From assembly GCF_006345805.1 (NCBI RefSeq), contig NC_043006.1:24490001-24554000 (forward strand): a DNA stretch of 64,000 bases, written 5' to 3'. The notes below the pieces were generated by a model. That model was not told the origin of the DNA, did no database searches, and worked only from the letters and a program-made list of their open reading frames with translations. Made by a program: the position numbers and the translations under genes. Origin of the DNA: Octopus sinensis. Taxonomy: Eukaryota. Below, piece by piece: positions 1 through 13,153 of this stretch; positions within the stretch are counted from its first letter, which is position 1; each line of letters begins with the position of its first letter.

Positions 1-7
1 ATTTAAA

Positions 8-200
8 ATCCATTTTCCAAGCTGGCATGGGCTGGATGGTTTGATAGGAGCTGGTAAGGCTGGGAGCTACACCAGGTTCCATTATCTGTTTTGGCATGAT
101 TTCCAAGGATAGATGCTCTTCCTAATGTCAACCACTTTACAGAGTGTACTGAGCACTTTTGTATGTGGCACCAGCACCAGTGCTTTTATGTGGCACCAAC
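8..200 (-). mobile_element. RTE LINE 3' UTR/tail fragment
   Basis: Similar to the 3' tail at 42444-42610 (ccatgctagcatggg...gatgcccttcctaa...accact). Confidence 0.7.
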
Positions 201-339
201 ATCGACAAAACTACTTCAGCTGGGAGTGGAGAGTAGTAATGTAGTGGGGGGCTTTGTGCCAATTAATGAGAGATTAAAGGTATAGAGGGATAGGGATAGA
301 TGTCTTTAGTAGATACACGAAGACTCCAGTTGAAAAAGG

Positions 340-725
340 AGGTGAGTTTGAGAGTAAGATAAAGTGAGCAGATGAATCACAAAGATGCTCAGAGAGTGTC
401 ACCACCAGAATAAGAATAGCCTGGGCAAAGTTTAGAAAGCTCCTACCCCTACTGGTAACAAAAGGTCTCTCGTTCAGAGTGAAAGGTACAACGCATGTGT
501 GCGAACTGCCATGCTTCACAGTAGTGAAACATGGGCTGTGACTGCAGAGGACATGTGTAAGCTTGAAAGAAATGAAGCTAGCATGATCCGCAGAAAAGGG
601 CAAGGTACAAAGTCTATATAGTGTACACTTTGTAAATCAGGAACACGCTAGAAATATTGTAAGATCATAGGCATGCTGGCAAAGAAGTTAGACTTTGTAT
701 GTGACAAATGCACAAAAGCAGGTAG
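340..725 (+). mobile_element. RTE LINE RT C-terminal fragment plus a displaced Cys-rich (PHD-like) fragment
   Basis: Encodes RIRIAWAKFRKLLPLLVTKGLSFRVKG and similar motifs matching ORF 43473-44591; 600-725 matches the Cys-rich insert. Confidence 0.85.
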
Positions 726-1225
726 CGGTAAAATAATCTCTTTCAAAAGGTTCATGAGCAATAGTTGACAGCTTTTGATACATATGTGACCTAATTAACA
801 GTGGACATGGGTATACTGAAAGCATGGTGGTGTGGATTACTGACGCTGTTGGTGTTGGTATGTGTGTGTGTGTGTAATAATAAGTGTGAAGAAAACATGG
901 AAGTAAGGAGGTGCAAGCAGACATAAGTGTGACGTAAAACAGGTGTGAGAAATGCAGGGTTGTGGTGGTGATAGGAGTGTATGTAAGAGTTTCAGTGTGA
1001 GATACCGTATTGTAGAAAAAAGTTATTAACAAGAGGGTACAATAAACACTGGTGCCAAAGTTTTTTTTCTTTTTTTTGTTCTGTAAGGGAAGAAAATTAG
1101 TGAGGTACATGAAGGTGCTAGAGGAATGTGAAAGAGGTGAATGTAAGGCATACAAGCAGAAGTGGAAGGAAAAATAAAATGAAAAAGTGAGAAAAATTAA
1201 AAAGTGATTTCTGATAGAGAAAAAT

Positions 1226-1251
1226 TAGATAATATAATATAATATAATATA

Positions 1252-1289
<38 letters not shown>

Positions 1290-1301
1290 TGTGTGTGTGT
1301 A

Positions 1302-1332
<31 letters not shown>

Positions 1333-1340
1333 AAGAGAGC
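1226..1340. repeat. Compound (ATAAT)n/(GT)n/(GA)n microsatellite
   Basis: Read directly from the sequence. Confidence 0.95.
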
Positions 1341-2560
1341 TTGTTTGTGTTTGTCTTTCAGCACTTGACAACCACCATTGGTTTGTTTATGACCAGCTTC
1401 AATAATTGAAAAAAAGTATACGAATAAATATTTTCTATTTAACTCGTCAGTCACCTTAAGTTAATGAACTTTCAACTGTATTATATAGCTATGAAAACAC
1501 CAAGAATGCATCCACCAGCCCCACCCCACCAGAAGCTTAATAGCAAAATAATGTTGAATGAAAAAGCAATTCAAATATATCCAATACTTTGGTTAATTTT
1601 TCTATAAAACAAAAAACAATGTTTTAAATTAATTCAATAACTACTGTGATTTAATTACTATTAAATTAGAATGATATAAGTGATTCTTTTGGCATTATAC
1701 AACCCTTCAGTTAAAATGTCTCAAATTCTAGATTTATTTATTCAAAAAATAATCAAAGCAATAGAACATTTAGCAGAGTAGTCAGAGAAATATAATTATG
1801 AATAAAACAGTGTCCTGAAAAGAAGTGAACACAACAGAAGTTAAGAGAAGAGAAGTAACGAGTAAACTCGCTAGTTATAGAAATGGAAGCAAATTACTAA
1901 TGAAGTGCAAGCGTAACATTGAATCCACTCTAACAAGCTCTGAAAAGTTGTATAAATAGAGAAAAACATCAAAGTGTTCTGGAAATACACTGTAGACATT
2001 TTACAAAATTGTTTTGGTGTAGAAGTTATTTAATAATACTAAATGAAAGCTGGTTGCCAAATCGAAAAGGATTGTGAACTTCAATAAATAGTTAGGGCAT
2101 CGACAATAAGACAACAATGGATAAAAAGAATAATTTTCAGAAAATTATGGATAGTTTATGGTGAGTAGAGGCAATATTTATGGACTAACTAGGCAAACCT
2201 TCAAATGCATTACAGAATTAGCCGAGAAACAAAGCAAGATAAACAAAAAACTTTGATAACAGTTCTAGGAAAATATAGTATCATTTTAGATAAGTTAATA
2301 AATGGAAACAATTCCCCTGGGGGGGGGGGAAATGGCCATATTCTTTTACATGTGATTTAAACTCTATTAGCCATCAACAGGAGATATCTATTTAACGGAA
2401 GACAACAAAGAGATGTGGTGCTTGTTTAAAATACAACTCAGCTCTTAAAGCATTCATTTCATGCCACTAAACCAATTATAAGGAAAGTTCAACAGTTGAA
2501 CAGTTTTAAGGAGTGAGATGGATGATATACATTTGTACATAATAAGAACAGTGTTCTTAC

Positions 2561-2703
2561 AATGGGATGCTTTATGACCATCAACCACTAAAACTAAAGC
2601 AAGCAAAACTATACCCTGTGTAAGAATGTGTTCATGGTCTATAACAGAGTTTGAATTTAGTAAACTTGTGCAATCTACTTTGTCCTGGATATATTTTTGC
2701 ATT
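2561..2703 (-). CDS. Candidate coding exon of an unidentified gene (MQKYIQDKVDCTSLLNSNSVIDHEHILTQGIVLLALVLVVDGHKASH)
   Basis: Open frame bounded by ttctag acceptor and gtaaga donor; no recognisable family. Confidence 0.35.
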
Positions 2704-3659
2704 CTAGAATTACACCATTCTAGAATAAATTGTGGTAAAAATACGGATAGATATCAACGAACAGAACAGTCATTAAGAAACACTATGTAAAAGAAAAAAA
2801 TTGGTTTTACTAGGATTGTAAATCACATGAAAAAAAATTTGTTTATGGAAATAAGTTAAGGTTGAAGCAACAATGAAAAAGCAGTACAGTTTGTTTTGCC
2901 AAAATCTACAACTATAGGGAAAAGAAAATTAATTCTCAAGCATATAAGTAGTTCTGTTTGAGAATTTCATCAAAATATTTATGAATGCACTTAATCTACA
3001 CTGTAAACTGAAAATAGTTGTCTACAGTATTTATAAACAGACGCAAATATATTTACTAATATTTATCTCAGATACAAATAATTACAAATGAAAAACTACA
3101 ACACAAAGTTTACGGCATTTTTTATCATGAAACGCTTTTTCTTTCCTTTTTTTTTTTTTTCAGTAGTGTAATAGATGAAAATTGAAAGTTTTGAGTATGA
3201 TGGGTTCCAGAGCTGATATGAAAATCTACAAAACTGATCACAAGCAGCAAGAGATGTAAATGATGGTGAATAGTGGTAATGTTTATGATTACTATTAAAT
3301 AAGGACACACGCACATATATTTAAAATATATTTATATATGTATACTACAAAGCAAATTATTATAAAACGGTTAAAAACAAATTAAGCTAATAAAGAAATT
3401 TTTTTTAAATGGGGATATGAAATGATATGACTTACACAGCAGGCTGTAAAAAACACCACTTGTTAAGTGCTTTAATAAGAGTGAGTATTATACATGACAC
3501 TGTCTCTGAAGAGAAACACTGGCTAAAAGTAATTACATTCAACATTATATCACTCTTACAATAAAGAATAGCCTACTACAACAGGAAGATTTTTCAGGAA
3601 ATGCTTGAAAAATTTAGAAAAAAAAAAGCATAAAACAACACAGCCTATATATATATATA

Positions 3660-4801
3660 TCTTTATATATATAAAACTGAGAATGTGTGTCTGTCTGTCT
3701 GTGTGTGTTTCCCTAAAACTTGAGAACTACACTACCAATTTCATTCAAATTTTACACATGCCTTACTTAGGGTCCAGGGAGCATTATCTTTTTGCCTAGG
3801 GCGAGCCCACAGTAATATCATAACTTCTCCACTACGATTCTCTAAAACTTGAGAACTACACAACGAATTCCATTCAAATTTTACACATGCCTTACTTAGG
3901 GTCCATGTAGTTTCATGGGCAAAAAAATGTTCAACTTCTTGCCTAGAGCGAGCCCATAGCAATATCATATCTTCTCCACTATTTCAGTATTACGTGTTAA
4001 AAGTGAAACAAAAACGTTTCTCTATTTTATGTCAGATACTTTCACTTTAACAATAAAAATAATAATAACAATTGAATTATATGTAGTAAGTCATAATTAA
4101 AATCAAACTAAAGTATAATATAATTGTAACATAATAAAAGTAAAAATAGCAATTGGTATAAAATTGCATCAATGATTTGAACTTGAATAAGTGGTTTCAC
4201 ATGAATGGGAATAACTTAAAAATAAAATTAGCGTGCAGAAATGGAGTAGTCCAGATGGATGATAAAAAATTAAATTAAAGAAAAGACTATTGTCTATAAA
4301 GTATACAATGTAGAGAAAAAAAAGGGTTTGAACACATGGAGGAAAGCACCTTCGAAAAGTGTCTTGGTGCGACTATGAAAGGTATCTAATCAGAGGCGTT
4401 AAATTCGCCACAATAGAAGCAAGGGAGTACTCGACTTGAACTTGCAAAGTGGAAATATATTATTTTTACCTTTATATCTGGGACGTAGGACGTCCCGAAA
4501 AAGTTTAAAATGTCCCCACCCCCACCCCAGAAGTAGAGGTAGGCTGGATTGTAGCCACACTTCTATACAAGAGGGAGGACAAGATACAATTGATCGAAAT
4601 TAGAAGAGTCGGGCTAGCAATTCCAGTCTGTTATATATTTTGAGTATTGTTATCACTAGCGATATCAAGATATAACTTTGTATTTTGTATTTTATGTGTA
4701 GATGTATATATATAGATGTACATGTAATATGTACACATATATATACACATATATACATGCACTAGCACTATGACCCGGCAACGACGGGTCTTTAATGCTA
4801 G
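3660..4801 (+). mobile_element. Non-autonomous Helitron
   Basis: 5' a|TC-tttatatatataaaa; 3' hairpin gacccg-gcaacga-cgggtc (4772-4790) followed by CTAG|t at 4798-4802; 129-bp internal duplication (3712/3841). Confidence 0.75.
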
Positions 4802-4836
4802 TATATATATATATATATATAAATGTATAAATATAT

Positions 4837-5848
4837 ATCATCATTGTTTAACGGCCACTTTCCATGCTAGCATGGGTTGGACGATTTTCACTGATGGCTG
4901 GCGAACCAGATGGCTGCACCAGGGCTCCAATCTTGATCTGGCAGAGTTTCTACAGATGGATGCCCTTCCTAACGGCAACCACTCCGAGAGTGTAGTGGCT
5001 GCTTTTTACATGCCACCAGCACGGGGCCAGTCGGGCAGTACTGGCAATGACCTCGCTCGAATCTTTTTACACATGCCACCGGCACAGGTACCAGTAAGGC
5101 AACGTTGGTAACGATCACGCTCGAATGGTGCCCTTTTATGTGCCACCGACAAGGAAGCCAGTTGGCTGCTCTGGCAACGATCACACTTAGATGGTGCTCT
5201 TGGCACCCTACTAGCACGGGCACAAGTGCCAGTAAGGCGACATTGGTAATGATCACACTCGAATGGTGCCCTTTTATGAGTCACTGGCACAAAAGCCGGT
5301 TAGCTGCTCTGTCAGTGATCACACTCGTATGGAGCTCTTTGCAACCCGCTAGCACGGATGCCAGTCATCGAATTTGATTTTGATTTCACTTGCCTCAACA
5401 GGTCTTCGCAAGCAGAGTTTCATGACCAAAGAAGGAAAAGGTACGCATAAGTGGGCTGGTTACGTTCCTGGAATAGGCCACAGGTTATGGTCTCATTTGG
5501 CTTGCCCGGTCTTCTCAAGCACAGCATATGTCCAAAAGTCTCGGTCACTAGTCATTTCCTTGGTGAGGCCTAATGTTCGAAGGTCATGCTTCACTACTTC
5601 ATCCCAGGTCTTTCTGGGTCCACAGGTTCCCTCAACCACTAGGGTGTGGCACTTTTTCACACAGCTATTCTCATCCATTCTCGCCACATGACCATACCAG
5701 CGCAGTCGTCTCTCTTGCACACCACATCTAATGCTTCTTAGGTCCAACTTTTCTCTCAAGGTACTTACACTCTGTTGAGTATGCACACTGACATTACACA
5801 TCCATCAGATCATACTGGCTTCATTCCTTGCAAGCTTACGCATGTCCT
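4837..5848 (-). mobile_element. 5'-truncated RTE LINE (C-terminus plus long 3' UTR with ~60-bp repeats)
   Basis: ORF 5493-5801 has RRLRWYGHVARMDE...GPRKTWDEVVKHDL; (ATG)n tail at ~4837. Confidence 0.92.
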
Positions 5849-5969
5849 GTATGATCACTACCTTATATAGTAGGGGTGGGGTTGGCATAAGGCCTTTAGA
5901 AGTGTTCATGAGAGACAACCAAGGATGACGAAATAGGGACTTCCGGTACAGGTGGAGGGTGTGGGAGAG

Positions 5970-6006
5970 TGGGCAAACCATGAACTAGCAGATGTGCAAG
6001 GAATTA

Positions 6007-6047
<41 letters not shown>

Positions 6048-6742
6048 CAGACAGACAGGGTGAAGGCCGATAGATAGATAGATAGGCACATAGTGAGCCA
6101 GTGGGGAGGGGGTGACGACATGCGGGAGGAATGGTTCCGGGATTTGGAGAAAGACAAAATTTGAGACGAATGACTGTATGATTGTGTGATGAACTTTCAT
6201 AGATGAGTGAAAGAATATGTTGCAGATAAGGGAATGTGTGAGCTAAGTTTATCTCAAGTAAGACGAAAATATAGAACTGAAATGCATGAGCTAAAGTTAT
6301 CTTAGACATCAACAGTAAGACGAAACTACAGAACTATATTTACATGATGGCATGCTGTTGAAATAGACAGAATAAGACAGAACAGAGAGAAAATAATAAT
6401 AAGGGTTTATGATGAATACTTGCAGAAATACAACGGAAGGTAGGTAACAAGTTGAAAGGTTAAAATCTCTTATCTGAAATTTTTCATCCTCTGAGATTCG
6501 TATTTTACAGCCAAGGTATCGAAATGGAATAGGAGGGTCATCATGCGTGCGTTAGTTTATATAGGGTGGTGATGGGGTGTAAGAAGTAGGAGGTCTTGGC
6601 TAAGCGAGTGGTAATCGAAAGAGAGGGAGAGATAGGCACAGACAGAGTGACGGCCGATAGAGAGTGAAAGACACATAGTGATAAAGAGAGGGGGAGGACA
6701 AGACACAAACCGCGAACTAGCAAACATGCACTAGGAATTAAA

Positions 6743-6773
<31 letters not shown>

Positions 6774-6900
6774 GGGTGAAGGCCGACAGATAGATAGATA
6801 GATAGATAGACAAGCACATAGTGAGCCAATGGGGTGGAGTCACGACATGCGGGAGGAATGGTTCCGGGATTTGGAGGAAGACAAAATTAGAGACGAATTT
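5970..6900. repeat. Direct duplication of a ~200-bp microsatellite-containing module (5970-6171 and 6702-6898)
   Basis: Shared gaactagca...ggaattaa-(GA/GACA)n-gggtgaaggccga-(TAGA)n-...acatgcgggaggaatggttccgggatttggag...gagacgaat. Confidence 0.8.
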
Positions 6901-7945
6901 GGAGAAAGACATCACATCCTACATATCAAAACACTCAAAACACATGACACTATACTCAAAACACACACACACATAACCATATACATTCAAACACCATACA
7001 AAGTATTTGTGTTTAACAAAAAATGTCAGATCCTATACTGAAATGCTTTATATAGAGTAAATGTTATTTAGAGAGAGACATTCGTTCAAATGTTAGTCTA
7101 TCAGGGATACAGGCATTAATTTTAATGTCAAGAAGAAATTATAGAAAATCTAGCAGGAATACAAAAATGGCAAGTTTTATTCATGCCATTAGGAATGATC
7201 ATGTGTAAATAAAGTATTCTGTAGTTTATAGACAAATGAAAGAAATAATAAATGATGAATGAGGAGAAAGTAAAAATATGAACAGTCTATTATCAGATTG
7301 TGTTAGAAGCTGATATGCAGATAACATGTATTTAAACAAAGTAGCTATTATAATTGAACACTAGTTTGATAAGCATAATCATAGTCAAATGATGATTTAA
7401 ATCCTTACATATATAAGGAAAATGGAGGTAGTCAGGATTTGGGATAATTATTTATTTAGTGCTTTCATATCTTTTTGAGAGATTCATCATGAAAATTCAT
7501 GCGTTTCATATATGCATATGTTAGTTGAAAGAAATTTGGAGTTGAATTAGGAAGAGGATTCATACAGATTATTTTGAATCTATATGTGTATATGTGTATG
7601 AATGTGTGTGTGGTGAATTTTTAGAGGTTTGGTTAGAAAGAAAAAGTAAAAGAAAGAAAGAAAAAAAGGGGTCTTTTTCTGAGATGGCCGAAATTAATGA
7701 CATTTCCAGAAATCAGTTTTCTCTTAGTCACTGGGTTTTCAGTCAGTTATCATGGTAACCAACTGTTGAAAACAGACTCCATCATATTGTCTTGGAAAGT
7801 TTTGTGTGTGTGTGTGTGTTGGTCACTTAAGTGAATTTTTCCAGTTGTTTTAGTAACAGTAATGAGAACATAATTAATAATATCCAGTGGTAATCTGATC
7901 TGGTTCTTTTCGGACACTATTTATAAATAAAGATTTCTCTGCCTT

Positions 7946-8240
7946 CTAGTACTTTGAGTCATCCCTTGGGCATTTGTGAAAGGGAAATATCTTGAATCTG
8001 TAGTTTCCACATATTTCGAGATGCTTCCTCGGCCGAATATTGTGTAAATCTTTTTGTCTGTGGATTCTTGCATGTTGGCAAAAGAAATTGTTGGCTTTGC
8101 TAATATAATTTTCTTTGCAATTAGGGCAGGTTATGCAGTATATGCGATTCTTAATCTCAGTCTGCATTTACTTGGAAGGAGAATCCACTTTTAAATTTTA
8201 TATAGGAACCAATGACCAAATATTTGAAGTTGTTACATAT
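7946..8240 (-). mobile_element. Penelope-like element, GIY-YIG endonuclease fragment
   Basis: RIYCITCPNCKENYISK...RIHRQ...HLEICG resembles the PLE GIY-YIG (IY-x-I-x-C-xx-C-xxx-YIG). Confidence 0.75.
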
Positions 8241-9479
8241 TCCACAACTATTATCTGCACAGTTCTTCACAAGCGCCAGTTACACAACACTGGCATTGGC
8301 CACGACTTCACTCAGCTTGATGGGTCTTCTCAAGCACTGTATATCGCCAAAGGTCTTTGTCCTGGTTGAAGAATAATAAACTAGTAGCATCAGAAGCAGT
8401 AAAATAATATAAGGAAAATACCCCTAGAGGATTTGATGTTTGAAATTTCAAGAACACCACCAGATTTGATAAGCCCCTGAAGAAGGCCAAAGGACAGAAT
8501 AGCTGAAACACTAGCCCAAAGATCAGTGCATAATCACTTGTGTCACTGTTGTCCTATATCAATCTATAATAATACAAAATAGCATTCATGAAAGTGAAGT
8601 CAATTAGGATAATAATAATGACAAAACTTGCTACATCACATTGTTTCCTTACATATGCAACAATGAGTCTAACTCAGTAAACCATAGACATGTTTAGAAA
8701 CAACATTTGTATCAAAGTCTCTGGAGTATGTTATGAGATTGATGTGGGTGGGCTGAAATATGGATCAAGCTTTATATTTGGAGAGAAATTTGAAATATTT
8801 CATTTAGATTTTTCTAAAAACACTTCCCAACTCTTGGAGGGCGTTCTATTATGCAAGTAAATATTAGTCGGAAAGGGAAGGAACAGAAAACAGTCTTTAT
8901 CAGAACTGCATTTCAATAGAAAACAATAAACTTTATGTATTATGTTCTCATGGTAGTTTTCTACCCAAGAAATCTTAACAACAACCTGACAAGTTTAATT
9001 AGTGAAGCTTTTGAAATTTTCTCAGGCATTATGTCTGTCTGTCTATCTATCTCATGGCTATATTATACAAATAAATGCTATTTATTGCAATTTCCCATAC
9101 CTCTTGTTAACTCTCATACATCTAGTTAGTTTTCTAGTTTAGTACATGCTTTACGGTTCAAAATGCAAATGACATTGTAATGCTAAATCCAAAAACCTGA
9201 TCTATTATTATACCGTCATTGATTCTCCATTGCTTTTTTATTTTTATTTCTATACTGGCATGGTCTGTACTGTTATAAATGGATTGTAGCCAGAAACAAC
9301 AACAAAAATGTGTCAAGACCTTGGATGGCACAATATTGAGATGTGCGATTCATGTTCCTACCTCCTTCTATTATAGATACTTTGAGTTGATTCTGTTGCT
9401 ATGCTTGAAGAGATCTATGTACTTCATAAGAAAAATATGTACGTGTGTGTGTGTGTGCATGTACATGCACGAAGGTTAA

Positions 9480-10350
9480 TGGAGAATATAGTCTTTGTGT
9501 ATGGCAAATGTGGAGGTACAATAAACACTAAAAATATGCAGACAATAGGCTCCCTCAAATGCTCGGGTGGAACAATAGAAGTAGTAGATAGCTTCTGTTA
9601 CCAAGGAAACCAAGTTAGCAGTGGAGAAAAAAGTTCTGAAAGTGTAGTAGCTAGGATAAGAACAGGCTGGGCAAAGTTCAGAGAGTTTCTACCTTTGTTG
9701 ATAATTGAGGGCCTCTCCCTTAGAATGAAAAGCAGATTGTGTGATGCCTGTGTACATACAACTATGTTACATGACAGTGAAACATGGGCTTTGACTACAG
9801 AGTATTTGTAAAGGCTTGACTGAAATGAAGTTAGCATCCTCTGTTGGATGGGTAATGTCAGTGGGCATGCAGAACAGTGTTTAAATGATTTAAGAAGAAA
9901 ACTAGGTATAAGAAGCATGGAATGTTGTGTGCAAAAGAGAAGACTGCACTAGTTTGGTCATATGATTCATATGGATGAGGAAAGCTGTGTAAAGAAGGGC
10001 GAGATTTAATTATGGAGTGAACCTGTGGAAGATGTAAGATGAAGTGATGAGAAAGGCTGGACCTCACTGAGGAAATTACAAGGGACTAGATGTGGCAATT
10101 TGTTGTACTTGATAAGAAACATCAGGCTAAGTAAAATTACTGTCACTGGCTTATCTTTTCAGGTGCCAGTGCCACTTAAAAAGCATTCAGCAGACTCTGT
10201 TAAGTGATTGGCATTAGGAAGGGTATTCAGCTGTAGAAACCATGCCACAATAGACAGTTGGAGTCTGGACAGCTCCCTGCTAGCCACCTCCATAGCAAAC
10301 TGTCCAACCCATGCCAGCATGGAAAGTGGATGTTAAATGATAATGATGAT
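9480..10350 (+). mobile_element. Degenerate RTE LINE 3' half
   Basis: IEVVDSFCYQGNQVSSGEKSSESVVARIRTGWAKFREFLPLL, followed by the RTE 3' tail ending in (GAT)n at ~10350. Confidence 0.9.
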
Positions 10351-11512
10351 GAAGGATCAGAAGATGATGTTAAAACTGCAGTGATGTTCATTTATGATGC
10401 AATTTATTATGGGATTCCCTTCATCAATTGTGTGTTACAGTTATTTACGAAAAGATCATTACAAATATATTAGCATGTTAATTTTGTTTGTTTTTATATT
10501 ATGACAATAGGAAATGAAAACAAAAGAGATGCTTTCGATAACAAAAATACTAAACGTAAAAATTTGGTTAAATATGGTTAATTCATCTTATCACAATGAC
10601 TATTTTAATGAATTCATACAGCAATTTTTAGTCCGTTAAGTAGAAAAATCATCAAAACACACCTCACACTGTTGTTTTAAATATGTTCACCTCTGTATAA
10701 CTGTTGCACATGGATGTAGGTGGGAGTGGGTGGAATGGATTGTTGGAGAACAGACAGACATTATTAAAGTGTAGTTGGCAAACAGTTGTTTCAACATTAA
10801 TGCTGTCCTGCTGCATATCTAAAATGCTGTTCTTGGTATGTCAGTTATTTAGTTCAGCCAGTAAATCATTGACAAAGGGAAAAAAGGCAGGCACTCAGTG
10901 AACTTACTACACACTGCACTGGTGATGTTGAACTGACATAAATACAAATATAAACTAAATATAAATTTGTAAGTGTTTATACATTTATGTATAAATTTCA
11001 ACCTATTTTCCAAAAGATAATTAATTATCTACACAGTTAAAGAATGTATATTAATCTATGTGAATAAGAAAATTATACAAAAATTAAATTACGTTAAGTA
11101 TGACAATATACTGAGAGCAGCAAAAAATATGAAGGAATTTTTAAAAGGAAAATAAGTGACGAATAACAAAAACATGGTAGAGAAAGTTAGGCTGAAGATG
11201 AAATATGAAATATAAAATAAACAAAACCCTCTTATATGCAAATATAGAAAATATGATTTGAAGTAAAAGGATCAACAAAGAATAGACTACACAACACATG
11301 AAACATGATTGAAAGTAAAGAATTTGTTTAAAGGTTAGAAATAATTGAATGATGAATGACTCCTTGCAAGGGGTATATCTTGTTACAACATCACTGTTAG
11401 AATTCATATAAAACTGACATAGCATTTACTTTAATGCAGAGAGAAGAAACAGTTATGTATGTTTGATAAACACAGGACAGATATGTAGAATCCACGTCAA
11501 TATTTGTCCACC

Positions 11513-11636
11513 TGCTTATGATACATTCTATGACAAATGACTCACTTATGATACATCCCACGACAGTTATTTCACTTATGATATATCCTATGACTGTCAG
11601 CTTACTTATGATAATTCTATGACAGATGGCTCACAA
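11513..11636. repeat. Degenerate 30-bp minisatellite, ~4 copies
   Basis: acttatgatac/at..ctatgaca... recurs at ~30-bp spacing. Confidence 0.8.
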
Positions 11637-11789
11637 ACAATTTATTGTCTTCTATTTTCTGTAGTAGACAGTGTGTAGGTAATGTCTCCACATCTCACCC
11701 TCCCTCCATCCTTCATCAAGTGCAACAGGATATATCATGACACAAGTCATTAACAATATGACCTCAATTCAAACTGAAATTATCAAAAA

Positions 11790-12385
11790 TATTCATTTGA
11801 CAAGTTTATTTCATTCTTATTTTTATTTTCCTAAAATTTTCGTTGCGTCATGCAATTGTTTCAATAGTCTTGATTGTCCGTTATTTACACTGCGTTCCTT
11901 TTTGTTTGTTTGTGCGCATGTGTGTGGGTCAGTGTGTGTGTGTGTGCCTATGCATGCATGCATGTACGTATGTATGTATGCATGTGTGTGTATGTATATG
12001 TGTGTGCATCTGTATGTATTCTGCATATTCATGTGCTTGCATGTCTGTGTTAGTGTAGTTACTATGTATGTGTGTGTGAGCATGTGTTTGTATATGTATG
12101 CACCTCTGTCTCCTTGTGTGTGTGTGTGTGTGTGTTTTGCAACTATGTACCATGTTTGTATGTATGTACATCTCTATGTGTGGACACGTGTCTCCATATG
12201 TGTCCTTGTGTGGAGTAAAGTGTGTGTGTATATATGGTCATGTGTTTCAGTCTCCATTTGCATATGTGTGCATGTCTGTTCATATAACCTGTGTACCTAT
12301 CCGTCTGTATGTCTATATGTTTATTTTCATATCCATATGCTTACATACATGTGCATACCCCCCCCCCCACACACACACACACATA
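11790..12385 (+). repeat. Interspersed repeat (possibly a PLE tail) shared with 54750-55075
   Basis: Both copies share ttcctaaaattttcgttg...caatagtcttga.tgtccgttatttacactgcgttcctttttgttt followed by a GT/AT-rich tail. Confidence 0.7.
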
Positions 12386-12388
12386 CAT

Positions 12389-13153
12389 CTATCTACGTGG
12401 CTTTTCAACAATCTTAATGCTGAGTTTGGTCTCCTTCAGAGCTTTTCTAAATCTACAGGCTAGTTCTCCATGGGCTGCGGCCTCTACAAACATCACTCCT
12501 TGATATTTGTCGGTTTTATACCACATCTTCGCCCTGTTTGCTTTGTCACAAGTCCTTTGTATCCTATTCCATTCTTTGTTTCTATATGTAGGGCAGGTAC
12601 CACTGATATCATTATGTATAATGTCTAATTTCTTTCTAGCCCCCCTGTATACTTGAACCCTATCTTTCTGATCATATCCAGAGAACTGCATGCGGTGCAT
12701 GAATCCCTGTATATGTTTTTTCATTTCATAGGGTTCACATAGTGGGGACACATTGTTCATTATTCTAAGTCTACTATAAGTATGTTAATTTTCATGTTGT
12801 GTGACAAAGCTGAGTTCTTGTGAACAACCTATTTTGAAGTTATGGGTTTCATGTAATAGGAGTGGAGGAACTGCACTCTATTGTTCACTCTATTGCTGGA
12901 TGCTCTCCATTACGTTCTTCTCAGTTTCTTCATTATTGTCACTAGAATTGGTCCTAACTCTGATATTAATGTCATCTACATATCCACTGTAGAGTAGGAG
13001 AGTTGTGGACTGTTCTGCTAACATTTGTTTAAGTTTTCTGTCCCACCAGGTCATGAAGAGGCCAGCCACATTTCCAGCTACACCTACACCGATGGCTGCA
13101 CTTTGAATCTGTATGTATACTTTTTTGTTAAACTTTATCATGTGGTTCTTCAA
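12389..13153 (-). mobile_element. Penelope-like element RT core and thumb, degenerate
   Basis: YIQIQSAAIGVGVAGNVAGLFM...YSGYVDD (PLE motifs Q..G.A.G and YVDD), followed by a downstream thumb ORF with SGY. Confidence 0.85.

Noticed and set aside
1800-2330. Possible decayed LINE C-terminal region
   Set aside because: Only vague Cys-containing fragments; a family cannot be supported.
6485-6535. tcct-ctgaga...atc-gaaa...agga hammerhead-like string
   Set aside because: The core lacks a nucleotide and there is no UH cleavage site or stem III.
8470-8520. ctgaaga...gaaa hammerhead-like string
   Set aside because: No complementary stem I and a weak stem II.
9330-9400. DVRFMFLPPS resembling the pogo/Tigger DDE motif
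   Set aside because: Too short and flanked by stops; no other motifs.
10691-11191. Further minus-strand exon candidates (10691-10818, 11093-11191; also 21822-21910, 28.1-28.3 kb, 31.4-31.5 kb, 62411-62529)
   Set aside because: Open frames of 30-45 codons with AG/GT ends are expected by chance in 64 kb; phases did not chain and no protein was recognised.
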